A DNA stretch of 64,000 nt from Blastocystis sp. Blastoise (Eukaryota > Protista > Bigyra: Opalinata): positions 124,001 through 188,000 of the forward strand of contig JBBPEB010000013.1 of NCBI GenBank assembly GCA_039096225.1, given 5' to 3'. The translations under genes were made by a program, and so were the position numbers. The notes below the pieces were generated by a model. That model worked only from the letters and a program-made list of their open reading frames with translations. It did not search any database and was not told where the DNA came from. Of the stretch, positions 1 to 14,369 are shown piece after piece; the first letter of the stretch is position 1; the number at the start of each line of letters is the position of its first letter.

Positions 1-743
1 ACCTACAGCTAGTCATACTGCAGTATTTACAAAATATCTCGATATTATTATGAAAACTGCTTCTAAATATATTGATATCCCTCAAACAACATTACAAAAG
101 AAATGTGATACAGAAGGTATATATGTGTATATATATATATAATGTGATATTCATTATATAGATATAATAACGGAATGTAGAGAACGTCTTCATATTACTA
201 GCTTACAAGTATATATATTCCTGCTACAACAACATCTCACTCTTGAAACAAACCACTATACTATCTTATATAATGTATATATTATATTTTTTTATTTATT
301 ATATTTATTATTTTATTTATTATTTTATTTTTATTTATTATTTTATTTATTATTTTATTATTATTATATTTGTATATCTAGTATTATATTTATTATTATA
401 TTTATTAATATATTTATATATATTTTTTACTATTTTTTATAATCTCTTGTTTATTTTTATTCTTTCTCTCTCTATATATATAGTATTATATAACAACTCT
501 ACCCACAACTATACGTTCTTCTTCTCTCCCTCTTTCTATTTGTGCTCTCACTTTCTTAAATACTCTCTATTCTTCTATCTCCTTCTCTCAATTACTTGAA
601 TATGTACCTCAAGGACTTGAAGGAATGATTGCTTTTAAGAAAGCATGTAGAAGCATATTGAATAGTATTGGAGATTGCACGGATACCAGTGTACAGAAAC
701 ATTTGATTGGCACTTGGATGAATCTTGTTATTAAGTATATAGA

Positions 744-801
<58 letters not shown>

Positions 802-2968
802 ATGGGAAGATATTTGGACTTATTCAAATCATGATGAATGTATTAATTTACTTATAAAAAGACTTAAAAAGTATCTCATTATAATTTATATATTATTTTT
901 ATATTATATATTATAATTATATTATTATTATATATATATATTATTATATAGTAATCAAGTAGATAATTCCTATCTCTTAGAACACATGAATCTTCTTCTT
1001 CCTCTTATGAAGAAGTATATATATATATAATATTATCTTTCATTCTCTATATATATATAAATATATAATATTATTTTTCATTCTATATATATAAATAAAT
1101 ATATACTATTTTCTTTCATTCTCTATAGAATAGGAGTAGATACATATAAAGGTGAAAAAGTCAATTTCTACACTTTACTCCTAACTACTTTATATGCATT
1201 CTTAAAAGCTAATAAAGAAATTAATATATATTATTATGTTGATTTCTTATATGTTTTCCACTTAACGCTATCCTTAGGTATTTACTCTATTTATATATAT
1301 ATATATATATTATAGAAATAATTTTATTTTTGGTATTCTATATATAATATAGTATTATATGTTTTTACGTAAATAATACTATATACATATATATAGATAT
1401 GCCTTTACCTGCGACTTCTGTAGATTTACCTATTTCCATGTTTACTAAGGAAGATCCTCCTCTATTTGCGACTCTTCTCAATTATCTAGATAACCACGGG
1501 AATAATCAACAAGATGAAACATTCAAACGTATCATCGATCTCCTTTCTAGTATATATATACTTATATATTCTGATATTTCTACCTATATTTATACTTATA
1601 TATAATCTTTATTTATACTTATATCTATATAGGTATATATGAAGATATTATACATAATTCTGCTCCTACTGCGAAAACTATTTTAAAAACTCTTATTTCT
1701 TATATAAAGAACTATACTAAATATGGACCTCTATATATATGTCTATTTATAAAATTATTAGAAACAGAAGCTAAAGGTATATATATATATATATAGTATT
1801 ATCATTATTAATATTCTTATTTAAATCTTCATCATAATATTCTATATATATATAGATAATATTATTCTTTCGCTTCATAATTATTTTGAAGATATCTTTA
1901 ATAGTCCACTTATGCAAAATCCCCGTGAAAATCCAATCGAAAATATCAATTACTTTTTTTCTATTTTACAACAAATTATGACCCTGTATATTATTTTTAT
2001 TATTATATATATTTATACATTTATTTATTATATAAAGTAATTTATTCCTTTTTATTATATATACATATATTTCAACATTTCTATTCATTTTTCTTTTCTA
2101 TTAATATATATATTAATATATTAATCCTTGCTCTTTATAGTCCTAAAGATATTGTTGTACGGATCCTCCCTGATCCCTCTCATCCCTCCTCTTTCCTTCT
2201 ACCTCTTCTTCAACTCTCTATTTTCCAAATTGAAAATGGAAATTATAATAAAGATAGAGGTATATATTTTATTATATATATGATTTGATATATATATATA
2301 TGATTGTATATATATTATTATCTATATTTATGATTGTATATAGTGAATTATCTCTTCTTCCCCTTATTATCGTTATTCCCTTCCTGTATGGCTCTCGAAC
2401 CTGAAGAGGATTGTGTGTCGTTATTAATTCAATCCATACAATCAGCTAATATTGACAGTCTGTATAAATTAGATTTATTAGTACATGCATTAACAATAAC
2501 TTCCTTCCTTCCTCTTCTTCTTTCTTCTTCTCAACTTTATACATCTATTAATACTTTTATTCAAATTATATTTACTAATGGATATATATTGATGAATCCT
2601 AAATTAAGTATATATATCGATGACGTTCATTGTATCCTCAAACTGGCTCCATTAGTGTCTCAATATCCCTCTCTTCCAGATCTAATCTTAAATCCTATCT
2701 TAAATTCTATTGATGTATATAGTATAGTTATTATATTATTATTATAGCTTTTATTATTATTATAATGGTTATAATAATAATAATAATAATTATTATTATT
2801 ATTAAAATAATATTTATATATATATAGAAATATAGTTTACCTGATATCAATAAGTTCTTTGAAACTGTTATGGATACGTTATATAAAGATAGATCAACCG
2901 TTAACTCCACGTGCGTTCTTAACGTCTGGAATAAGGCTTTACTTTATATATATAACTATAATCACCCG

Positions 2969-2999
<31 letters not shown>

Positions 3000-4365
3000 A
3001 TTATTATCTTTATTCTTCTTTTTTTTCATAATAGCCATTATTTTCTATATATATAGAACTAAACATCATTGTTCTCTTCCTTCTCTTCTCCATGAATATT
3101 ATATATATACATCTCATAAGACATATCATCAAGATCTATATAACCTTATATATACATATATAACTACAGTTGAAAAAGCACCAAAGAAAGAAATTGTATT
3201 ACAGGATAAAGATGTATATATATATATATATATTATTATTATTATTATTAACCAAATTATTATTATTATTATTATTTTATTCATATATATTGATTAATAT
3301 TATTATTTATTATATATATATAGATACTTATGTTTGGTTATTGTATGACTATATATGATGATGAAGAAAGACATGAGATTTCAGACCATTTCATCAATTC
3401 TCAGTATCTCATTTCAACACTTCAAGTCAAGACACATCAACAACTTATTCTTTCGAATATTCTATCCCTCTATCATTTCATGATCCCTCCCGTATCTATA
3501 TCCCTCGAAACACAAATAATTACATATGTTTATTCAACTGCTTATGATCTTAAAGAGTATATATATATATATAATAATTGTTTGCAATATATCTTATTAT
3601 ATATCTATTCACTATTATATATCTATATATCAATATATCTTTCCTTGCTTCTATAGTCTTGTGTCAGGGTATCCAAATATCATGGAGGCTATTCAATCGA
3701 TTAATCCTGATTATATTGAAATTCTGGCCACTATATACGAACTCTATGTACAAACCATTAGTAGCAATAATCATGGTATATATATATAATCAATATTTTG
3801 TATTATTTATTTATATATCACTACTATTTCGTCTCTTTAATTATTCTATATATATATATATATAGAAGTATTAAACACGTTTATTTCTATGTATCGAACA
3901 ATCTTCTATCGTTTCTGTCAATCCTCCATTCCCGCGGGAGAAAAGAATGCTTATGTATCTAGTATAACAATAGATCTTTGTCAGTCAATTCTTACAAATA
4001 CTATCATTTCTCAACAACAATGGCTCTCACGATTCCTTTATATTGTTTCTAAGACCCTCAGTAGCACGTGCGCTTCTCAAGAATCAATTCAAACGATTCG
4101 TGATGATTATTTCGGAGCATTCAATACATTCGTAGAACAACATATAACTGATTTACAGAATAATGAATATATGGTATTATCCTATCTTTATATTCTTCTT
4201 TCTCTCTTTTCTAACGGAGTTACTATCACCAATAATGTATATATATATATATGCAATTCTTATATATATATATGTATATAGGAAATTATTCATATTAATG
4301 CTATTGATGGATATATATCAAATATCCTTCAACTCAATTGTATTTATATATATACATATATTTTC

Positions 4366-4396
<31 letters not shown>

Positions 4397-6088
4397 GCTC
4401 CTCTTTGTGCTCAATGTACAACTCGTCTTCTTCTTTCGATTTTTAAAATAAAGAATTGCCCGCCAATCTCTCAACAAATATATAATTATATTCTTCCTCT
4501 AGCCGCTAAATCCTTACCTTTAGGAATTAATTATTGTATATATATATATATATATAGTATTATAGATTAATATATTCTATAAATATTTTTACATTCGTAT
4601 ATTTTATATAGTATTATAGATTATTCTATTCTATATAGTTATATACATTAGTATATTCTATATACACTAAATATATAGGTGTGAAATTATATCGTTTTAT
4701 GAAATCATCTTCTCTTTTTGTTTCTTATAATGAGATTGCTACTTCTTTATATATAAATATCTGCTCTTCTCTTTTCAGCTCGATTCAGTCACTTGAACAA
4801 GAATTACGGGAATCGACTATTCTTGATGATTTACTTGAAAACCCTCAGAACACAATTGAGAAGCACGTGTATTTACAAGATTTAATACAAGCTACTAAAT
4901 TCTATAAATATATCAAGGAAACTCCTGCTTTTGATGTCTCCGAATTCTTGATCACGTGCATATCTATATTATTTAATCCTCTCTATTCTCCCTCATCTTC
5001 TCTACATCCCTATTTATTCTGCTATGTTGACTGGATACTCCATTTACAACCGTCTCCTGTCGAAGATATTGCTGTAGCAGACAGTCTCACGAAACCATTC
5101 TCTCTTTTCCTTACTCAATATAATGGTATATATATATTCTATATATATATTCTATATATTCTATATATTCTATATATTCTATATATTCTATATATTCTAT
5201 ATATTCTATATATTCTATATATTCTATATATTCTATATATAGAATATCCTTATATTATTCAATTATATGGAATAATATTATTTTCTCGTCTCTTTTTGGT
5301 CTTACCAGCATCTGAAGATAAAATTAATCTATTTAATAAATATTCCTCTCTCTCCTCTCCTATTCCCATGTTTATTTCCTCTATTATGCCTCATATTCCA
5401 TTTATTCATCATTCTGCTAAAGTTAAACCGAAATGTCCTACTTTATCTTTATTGGATCTTTTGAAGCCTCTATCCTTTACAGAGACTTCTTTTACTCCTA
5501 TAGCCCTCTATAGTATAGCTCAGACATTTCCCACGCTTCTTCGTTCATGGTGGATCAATTTACCCGCCAATGAACAACAAACCGCGCAAACAATTCAATT
5601 GTATTGATATATATTATCTTTAATATATTTTATTATATTTATATTTATTCATTGTTACTCTTTTTATATATTATGCCATCTTAATCTATTCTTTTCTAAA
5701 TATCTATATAGTTATATTGAGCTTTATATTAATTCACCCTTATTATCAGAGGAATATCGCGATTTGAAAGAAATAGTAAACACAATGAACTTTGAAGATA
5801 TCTCTCTCTCTTTATACTCAAAACAAGTATATATATATATGTTTAATTATTATATGATTCTATACTATTTATATCATTATATATATATATGTTTAATTAT
5901 TATATTAGTCTATACTATTTATATCATTATATATATATATGTTTAATTATTATATTAGTCTATACTATATATATATGTATATATATATATATATATGTAT
6001 ATAGATTGTTTGTTCTATTCCTGTAGATGATACTTCTATTCAATTTACTATTACTGTACCTTCCTCTTATCCTCTACGTATTATTGAA

Positions 6089-6132
<44 letters not shown>

Positions 6133-6494
6133 TTATTAATTATGAATAATAATATTTCTATATATAGATGGATATAAATAGTCCTAATTTAATATCTAAA
6201 GTTGATTTACAAAGAATGAAATTACAATTATTAAATTATAAGGATATTAATATGTCTTTATCTTCTTGTATTTCTGGATTCTTTAGAAATGTGAAGAATA
6301 GTGTCGAAGGCTTAGAGGTCTGTCCTATTTGCTATTGTGTTATTCATCCAGGAACCAATACTCTTCCAGATCAGAAATGTAGACAATGTGTTGGGTGTTT
6401 CCATAAATATTGTTTATATAAATGGTTTATGACTTCAGGAGGTAATACTTGTCCTCTTTGCAGACAACTTATGATTCTAGATAATACAAAGTAA
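1..6494 (+). CDS. LTN1: Listerin E3 ubiquitin ligase (ribosome quality control); 5' end outside the window; ~22 GT-AG introns
   Basis: Exons stitch into one open frame from position 2 to TAA at 6492-6494. C-terminus has the listerin-type motifs FPTLLRSWW, RWD-like ITVPSSYPLR and RING EGLEVCPICYCVIH...LPDQKCRQC...FHKYCLYKWFMTSGGNTCPLCR. Confidence 0.93.
5133..5240 (+). repeat. Intronic 9-bp tandem repeat (TATATTCTA)n
   Basis: Directly visible; translates as (YIL)n in the ORF track. Confidence 0.95.
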
Positions 6495-6936
6495 AGAAGA
6501 GATTAAGTGGATATATTATCAATTATAAAATATATAGGTATTCTTGTTAAAATACTATTTTTTTTTTGCAATTTGTTTATATGTTTTTTTACTTTATTAT
6601 GAATATTGTAACACCACGTTTTCTTGTATTTGTTTTATTGTTCATCATTTAAAATATATATATAAAAGTTAATGACAAAATTAATCTTTTATAAGTTAGC
6701 AATGAATACTATAACACTTAAATTAAATTAAAAACTATTTACACAAAAAAAAATATATATTTGAGAGTTATGATTCTGCATAATTACACACTTTTGCTTA
6801 TCCTATTTAGATAGATCATGATCTATTTATATCAATTAATACAAAAAAAAATGTTTATGATGTACAAATAGAGTGTATATAATAAATCTTTTAATTATGT
6901 ATTCTATATATAATAAAATCATATATTCTTATAAAC

Positions 6937-6976
6937 AACAAACAATACATTCAATATATAGACAATAAAACAAACA
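6937..6976 (-). promoter_or_regulatory. Two TGTTTGTT motifs downstream of RBBP6 (candidate 3'-processing element)
   Basis: AACAAACA on + at 6937-6944 and 6969-6976. TGTTTGTT is the reported downstream polyadenylation motif of Blastocystis; another copy lies at 17777-17784 downstream of the MYB gene. Chance occurrence is possible. Confidence 0.35.
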
Positions 6977-7113
6977 ATAGAAATAAAGATCAGGACAAAA
7001 TTATAAAACACAATAAATCTAACTAATAAACAAAAATATAATAATCCTTTAGCAAAAATGATTCTATATAACAAATAGAAAATGTGTATTTATTTGTAAT
7101 AAAAGAATAAATT

Positions 7114-7680
7114 TTAATTATTTCTTCTTTTATGAGATTGTTTAGTATGTGCTGCTATATCTGATGCTTTATCTGAATAATTGCTATTCGTTGTTGTATA
7201 TCCTCCCATCGAGTACATAGATGGATTCATAGCAATTGCTCCTGTATTAAAATCAATTGTGTATCCCATCGAATTCAACATTTGTAAACACGTATTCTTT
7301 GTCTATAGAATAATAATAATAATATGAGAATAATCATAATACGTGTATAATAGATTTATAATATATTTATATATAAATATAATATAATTATATATTATAA
7401 AATAAATATAATAAATAATATAATAAATAATATACAATAGGATCAATGGCTGGGTTCATGATAGTTTGTGCATATATAGAAGCAGCTATATAATAATAAG
7501 AAATAGAAAGAATTATTATACATATAAAGAAGAATATACTAGCATATGGATTATTATTATTATACATCATTCCATTAGTATTCATTCCAATGGGCATCAT
7601 CATTGGTGAAGTTGAAGTCACTTTATATATATATATAAATATATATAAATACATAAATATAAATATAAATAAATAAATAA

Positions 7681-7712
<32 letters not shown>

Positions 7713-10563
7713 ATATGATACTTTCATATAATAATATGTGTTCAATAAAGAATAAATAAAATTAATTTGTATTCATAAATAGAAAAAAGTATATAAAGAA
7801 ATAATAATGAAATAATATAAATATACTTTGAGGAGACACAGAAGGAGAGAGAGCGGTATCAACAGGAGTAAATGTCTTTGAAATAGAAGGAATAGGAGAT
7901 ATAGCTCTTTCTTGAATAGTATTTCCATTGTAAAACGTATTATTTGTAGTCATATTTTTATTAGTATCAGTGGAAACAGGAGAAGTAGGAGCAGGAACTA
8001 TATTTAAAACATAAATATAATAATAATAATTATATATATATATATATATATGTTATATACCGAAATTTTCATCATGTTTCATAGTGGCCTAGATTATAAT
8101 TTAATCATAAGTATAATAATTATATATAATAATTATATATAATAATTATATATAATAATTATATAAATATAATTATAATAAGTATAATAATCATAAATAG
8201 AATATATAAATGAATACCATTTTATGTGTTGTGGTTAAATATTGGTTAATAGTATTTCTTAGTTTTGTATACGGTTTAATTTCTGTTATAGTCAAAGGTT
8301 TTGAACAAAATGGACAAATAGATCTATAATAATAATAATATATATGATAGTATTCTTGTTACTTATAATAATAAAAATAATATAATAGTATAATAATATA
8401 ATAATAATAATAATATAATAGTATAATAATATAATAATAATAATAATAAAATAATAATAATAGTATTATAATAATAAAAATAACATAATAATAATAACTT
8501 GGTATACTTTGCTAATACTTTGTCTGTAATACATTGTCGACATCCTGATTCTAAACAGCAAGGAACTAAGGAAGCTTCTTTACTGACACCAGTACCTATA
8601 TAAATAATATATATAGGCATTTATATATAAAAAGTTGAAGAATAAAAATAAAATAATGAATAATTTTCTGAGTATTAAAAATAAGATGCTTATTCTTTAT
8701 AAGTAAGGGAATAATAGAAATATATATATAAAGAATCATAGTTTCTTTCATGGCTCATTTTTAGGAAATATTTATTTATTTTAACAAAAACTGATATATC
8801 AATGATTGAAAAAATAATGATTATCAAATAATGTAGCAATGATTATCAAATAATATATGTTTTATTCCATTGAATAACAATATATTTGAATATTGTTAAA
8901 AAAAGGATAAAAGGAATAGAAGAACTAACAAAAACAATGAGGAAAAAGAATGATTACACTTCTTCTAAGCGAATATACTAGAGAAGAAACGTAAAACACT
9001 CTAAAAAATGAACAATTCTTATTATTTTATTTAATTTATTCACTTTAAATTTCATGTATCCATATTCATATACATATAGATTTGTTTTTTTCATTTTTTT
9101 GAAAGAAACTTCTTAGAGCCAAGCAGATTATTGAGTATAATAATAATAATAATAAGTTTAATAATAATAATAATAATAATAATAGGATTTACAAAAAAAA
9201 AATCATAAAATACAAAAATAAGTATTTTCCCCAAGATTATAAATAAAGAAAAGAATAAGAAATCTATATACATATAGAACAAGTAATGAATGAAATTAAC
9301 TGTTGCTTATAATCTTCATTCTTATCAATCTTTTGAATTATATTATCATTTTTAATATATCCCAACCCATATTCTAATTTTACAATTGCAAAGCCTTGAG
9401 CTATATATATATATATTATATATATTATATATAGTATATACTATTATATACTATTATATACTATTATATATAGAATACATACTAACACACATTTTGATAT
9501 CTGCCATATCTTTTATTCTTTGAATACGATCTTTGGGCTGACCAGAAACACGATTAATCTATATATATATATATAGAAGATAACATTGAGAAAGAAAAAA
9601 TATAATATATATATAATGATATAAAGAAGAAAAGAAAATAGTAAAAATAGGATATTATACATAACATAATAAAGAAATAAATATAATATTAATAAATAAG
9701 AATTCTATATACTTTTAATGCTTTAAACATAGTAAATAAATCAGGTTCTTTGACAAGTGGACAATTAACTTCATAATGATTTAAAAAACAATTCTTACAT
9801 TCATATGTTGACGGAGGATGATCATTTGGACCTATTTCAACTCTATATATATGTATATAATAATAATAATAATAAATATAATAAACAATAATAATAATAA
9901 ATATATAATAAATATTATATACCTGCTAATATTTGTAACTGGTTGATTGACAACAGTATTAGTTGTATTTAACACTACTGGAGTAGAAGAACTAATGGGT
10001 ACAGTAGCTGATGATGTTGAAACACTCTCTATAATAATATATATATATTTAAAAACTCTAAAAAAAAATATAAATTAAAAAAAAAATGAAATAATAAATA
10101 ATAACAAACCAGGTTTCATTGTTTGAGAAATGACAGGGGTTGAGGATATAGATACTTTAGAAGCCATAGACATAGACTAATATGAAATAATAATATTAAT
10201 CATTTTATATACATACATTTGATGGACTATATAAAATATTATGATTAATATTTATAAATAACAAAAAAAAGTATACTTTTTGTTTTTAAGACTTTGCTCA
10301 TGTTTCAATTTATATTCAAAACTATCAGTCTCTTTCTTTGAAGGCAAATACTTCACGATAACTTGTGTATTCTTAACAATTTGATCATCATCACATAATT
10401 GTCTCTGATCTGTATTTAATATAATTAATTGCATGGCACTTCGTTGACCTAATTTACGGTCTTGAACAACAAGTTTTTGGAATTCCCAACAACTAATAGT
10501 CGTTGTCTCGATATTAATTGAAAAGACCTGCTTTCCTGAGCCCATAGTATATTGGATAGACAT
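7114..10563 (-). CDS. RBBP6: RBBP6/Mpe1-like cleavage and polyadenylation factor (DWNN ubiquitin-like, zinc knuckle, RING/U-box); 13 introns
   Basis: N-terminal DWNN-like MSIQYTM...IVKNTQVIVKYLP, then knuckle PPSTYECKNCFLNHYEVNCP, then RING CSIC...LVPCCLESGCRQCI...CPFC. Spliced frame ends at TAA 7116-7114. Confidence 0.85.
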
Positions 10564-10872
10564 TTCTAATCTCACAATAAATAAAAACTAAACAAAAAAT
10601 ATATAATCTATGACAAAATTTGCAATTTCGAATATGTATCAATTAAGAATAATAAATATTAAGGTTTTTTAGTATTTTTTCGTATATATATACCTTATGA
10701 ATACAGTTATTACAGTTAAAAAGAAATGTTCCAAAATAGTTTAAGAAAGAATAATTTTTCTTGGGAAAAACGACTTTTTGTTCTTTTTGTGGTCAACAAC
10801 ATATTTTTATAACAAGTCATTCTAGACTATATAAATATACATTTTTGATATATATATTAGTGTTAGCAGAGA
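10564..10872. promoter_or_regulatory. Compact divergent intergenic region RBBP6/LSG1
   Basis: Head-to-head ATGs with 309 bp between them. Confidence 0.6.
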
Positions 10873-11474
10873 ATGCCTGTAAAGAGAAAAACGAAACATA
10901 TCGATTTAGGACGTGCAATTATCAATAATAAGAATCATACTATTATTGAAAAGAAAAGAGCTATTCGTGCAAAGTGTGTAACATGAATAGATCATTATCT
11001 ATATATTATTATTAATAAAATTTTATCTAACGATCAAGAATATAATTTATTATCTATAGAAATGCTGAGAATCCTGGACTAGTTCCTGAGCCTGGTCTTA
11101 CATCTGTTCTTGATGTTAACTCACTTGTATATTATTTATCTACACTTATTTATAAACATATTATGCAAATCGTTCATTATTCTTTTATTAATTTTAAATA
11201 GGATGATTTCTTAGAAACCACTGCTTTGGCTGAACGATCTTTTGAAGCAGAAAAAGGTGTAGCTATTATTGTTGATAGAGAAGCCAAAGAAATCAATTTG
11301 TATACTATTATTTTTTATTATTCTATTCTATGATTATTATTTTTATTTTAATTTTATGTTATTAATATTATTTTATGCTAATAATTTTTAATTATCTTAT
11401 GCTTTCAACTATTTTTCTATGATTATTATTTTTGTTTAATTTTTTTTTAATTATAATTTTTATTATGGTAATTC

Positions 11475-11506
<32 letters not shown>

Positions 11507-14369
11507 GATAGTTCTAAATATGGTCAAGAATATAATACTCTTCAAATCCCTCGTCGTCCAAAATGGCGCCAAGGAATGACCGCCGAAGAATTAGATCGAA
11601 ATGAAAAGGAATCTTTTCTTGAATGGAGAAGAAATGTTGCTCAGTATATAATTTATTTATCTCTTCATATTATTATTATTATTTTTAATTATTACTAATT
11701 TTTAAATTTTATTTTTAATAATTTATAGTATGACAATTATTAATAATATATATATAATAACTATATAAAGCATGAGTTATTTAGTTATACTATAACATGA
11801 ATAATGAGTATCTATACTATATATAGTCAAGTAGAGAATAATGATGGCTCTGTAGCTCCGTTCGAAAAGAACATCGAAGTGTGGCGTCAATTGTGGCGTG
11901 TTCTGGAAATGAGTGATATTGTCGTTCAAATTGTAGATGCCAGAAACCCTCTTCTTTTTAGGTATATATATATAGTGGACATTTTAATTTTATTTTTATT
12001 TTTTTTAATATTATTTGTATATTATTATCTATATAAAAATGATTATTATTAAATATATATATATTAGATGTCCTGATTTAGAAGTATATACAAAAGAGAT
12101 AGATCCAATTAAGAAATGTATTTTAATTGTGAATAAGGCTGACTTATTAACGAATCAATCTCGCCATAATTGGGGTCGATATTTTGAGTCTGTGAATATT
12201 AATTATAAGTTCTTTAGTGCTAAGAAAGCTAGTGATAATATAGTTGAAGAAGAGAGAGAAGAAGAAAAGAAGGAAAAAGAGGAAGAAGAAGAACAAGAAG
12301 AAGAAGAAAAGATAATAGAAGAAGAGGAAAAACCTGTTCAAAAAGTAAAAACATTAAAAGCATTAAAGAATAAATTTGGTGTTATTTACAGTGATAGTGA
12401 AGATGATGACGATGATGATGATGATAAAAAAGAAGAAGAAGAAGAAGAAGAAGAAGAAGAAGAAGATAAAAAAGAATCAAATGAGATCAGTTCTGAAGAT
12501 CAACATGCGATTAATGCTTTATTAGAGCAAGATAAACTTGAAGAGAATAAGAATAATAATAATAAAAAAGAAGAAATTGTTAATACTACTTCTGAAGCTA
12601 GTAATAGTGATACTAGTAATAAGAGTGTTAATAATACTACTATTATAGAAGAAAATGATTTAGAAGATGAAGTTCGTCCTCAAGATAAAATATATAATCG
12701 TGAAGAGATTATGGCTTATTTAGAAGAAGAAGCATGTAAAGTATATGAATTACTTAAAGAACGTGAAATGAATAAAGAACAAGAAGTTCAAGAAAAGAAA
12801 TTAGAAGAGATCAATATATCTACAAGTAATAATAATAAAGAAGATATTGAAGATGATGATAATAATAATGCTGAAGATATTGAAGAAGATGAAGAAGATG
12901 AAGAAGAAGAAAATAATGAAAATAATGAAGAAGAAGATGATGAAGAAGAAGATGATGATGAAAATGATGAAGAAGAAGAAGATGATGATGATGATGGTGT
13001 TTTTACTCCTTATAAATTTAGAGAACGAAGAGCTGTTGTAGGTATGGTTGGGTATGTTTCTATATATATAATAATAGCATATATACATATTATTATTATT
13101 AAACTATTCATACAAATTCTATATATATATATATATGTATATAGTTTCCCTAATGTGGGTAAATCCTCTTTAATTAATGTTCTCATTGGTGTTTGTCCTC
13201 AATTTCATGGTGTACGTGTAGCTGTTGGACCTACTCCTGGTAAAACCAAACATTTCCAAACGGTTATTCTTAGTGATAAATTAATGTTATGTGATTGCCC
13301 TGGTCTTGTTTTCCCTGTTTTTATGAATACAAAAGAAGATCTTATTTTTAATGGCATTCTTCCTGTATCCAATCTTAGAGATCATATCAGTATATACTAT
13401 TATTCAATGCTCATAGAATTATTATATATATTTTATTATATATTTGTTATTTTATTTATTATATATATTATTTTATTTATTATATATATATTATTATATA
13501 ATCTATATATATTATTATAATCTATATATAGGTCCTATTCGTCTTGTATGTCAGCGTATTCCTCGTTCTCAATTAGAGTTAGTATATCACATTCGACTTC
13601 CTTTCAATGCTGAAGATCCACCTAATGCAGCTCCTTCTCCTCGTCAATTACTTAAAGTATATATAATTATTATTATTATGAATATTATTATTATTATGGA
13701 TATTATTATTATTATGAATATTATTATTATTATGAATATTATTTATATATACATTATTATTATATCTAATTCTATATATATCATGTTAATAACTATTATT
13801 ATCTATATATATATATATAATACATAGGCCTATTGTACAGTTCGTGGATATATGGCGAGTAATCATAGTGGTGTTGATGAACCAAAAGGAGCTCGAAATA
13901 TATTAAAAGATGTCCTTATGGGCACATTATTATGGACTTGTCCTCCTCCTGCTCTTGGAGTTGTTCCTGATAACTCTCAAGATACTATTGTTATTCCTAC
14001 AATGTCTAAAGATATTGATCATCTACCTAGTGATATATTATGTATATATTATATTATATTATATTATATTTTTTATTATTCTCTCCTATATTTTTATTCT
14101 CTCCTATATTTTTATTCTCTCCTATATTATATATTTCATATATTTTTATTATATATTACTTTTTACAATAATATTTACACTATTATATATAACTTATAGT
14201 AGATTCTATGCCTGAATTACCGACTTCTTCTGGAGGTAAATATAAACCTAGAGATCGTACAAAGAAAGTAAAATCTGAAAAGAAAATGAGGAAGTTATTA
14301 AAGAAAGGAGGTGTACCTACCGATGGATATCAACCTCATATTAACGGAAGAAAACCAGTTGCTTTCTAA
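10873..14369 (+). CDS. LSG1: Large subunit GTPase 1 (circularly permuted GTPase); 9 introns
   Basis: IPRRPKW, FLEWRR, PFEKNIEVWRQLWRVLEMSDIVVQIVDARNPL, NKADLL, G|FPNVGKSS, TPGKTKHFQT, DCPGLVFP. Long acidic insert before G1. Confidence 0.96.

Noticed and set aside
243-599. Hydrophobic Y/I/F/L ORFs, here and at e.g. 17551, 18293, 41454, 51857, 55561
   Set aside because: Translations of AT-rich introns or intergenic DNA, not membrane proteins.
12147-13088. Antisense ORFs over LSG1, also over CHD 22959, ankyrin 42599-43338, PPAN 47329 and 48940, Lon 54280
   Set aside because: Shadows of low-complexity or biased sense coding sequence.
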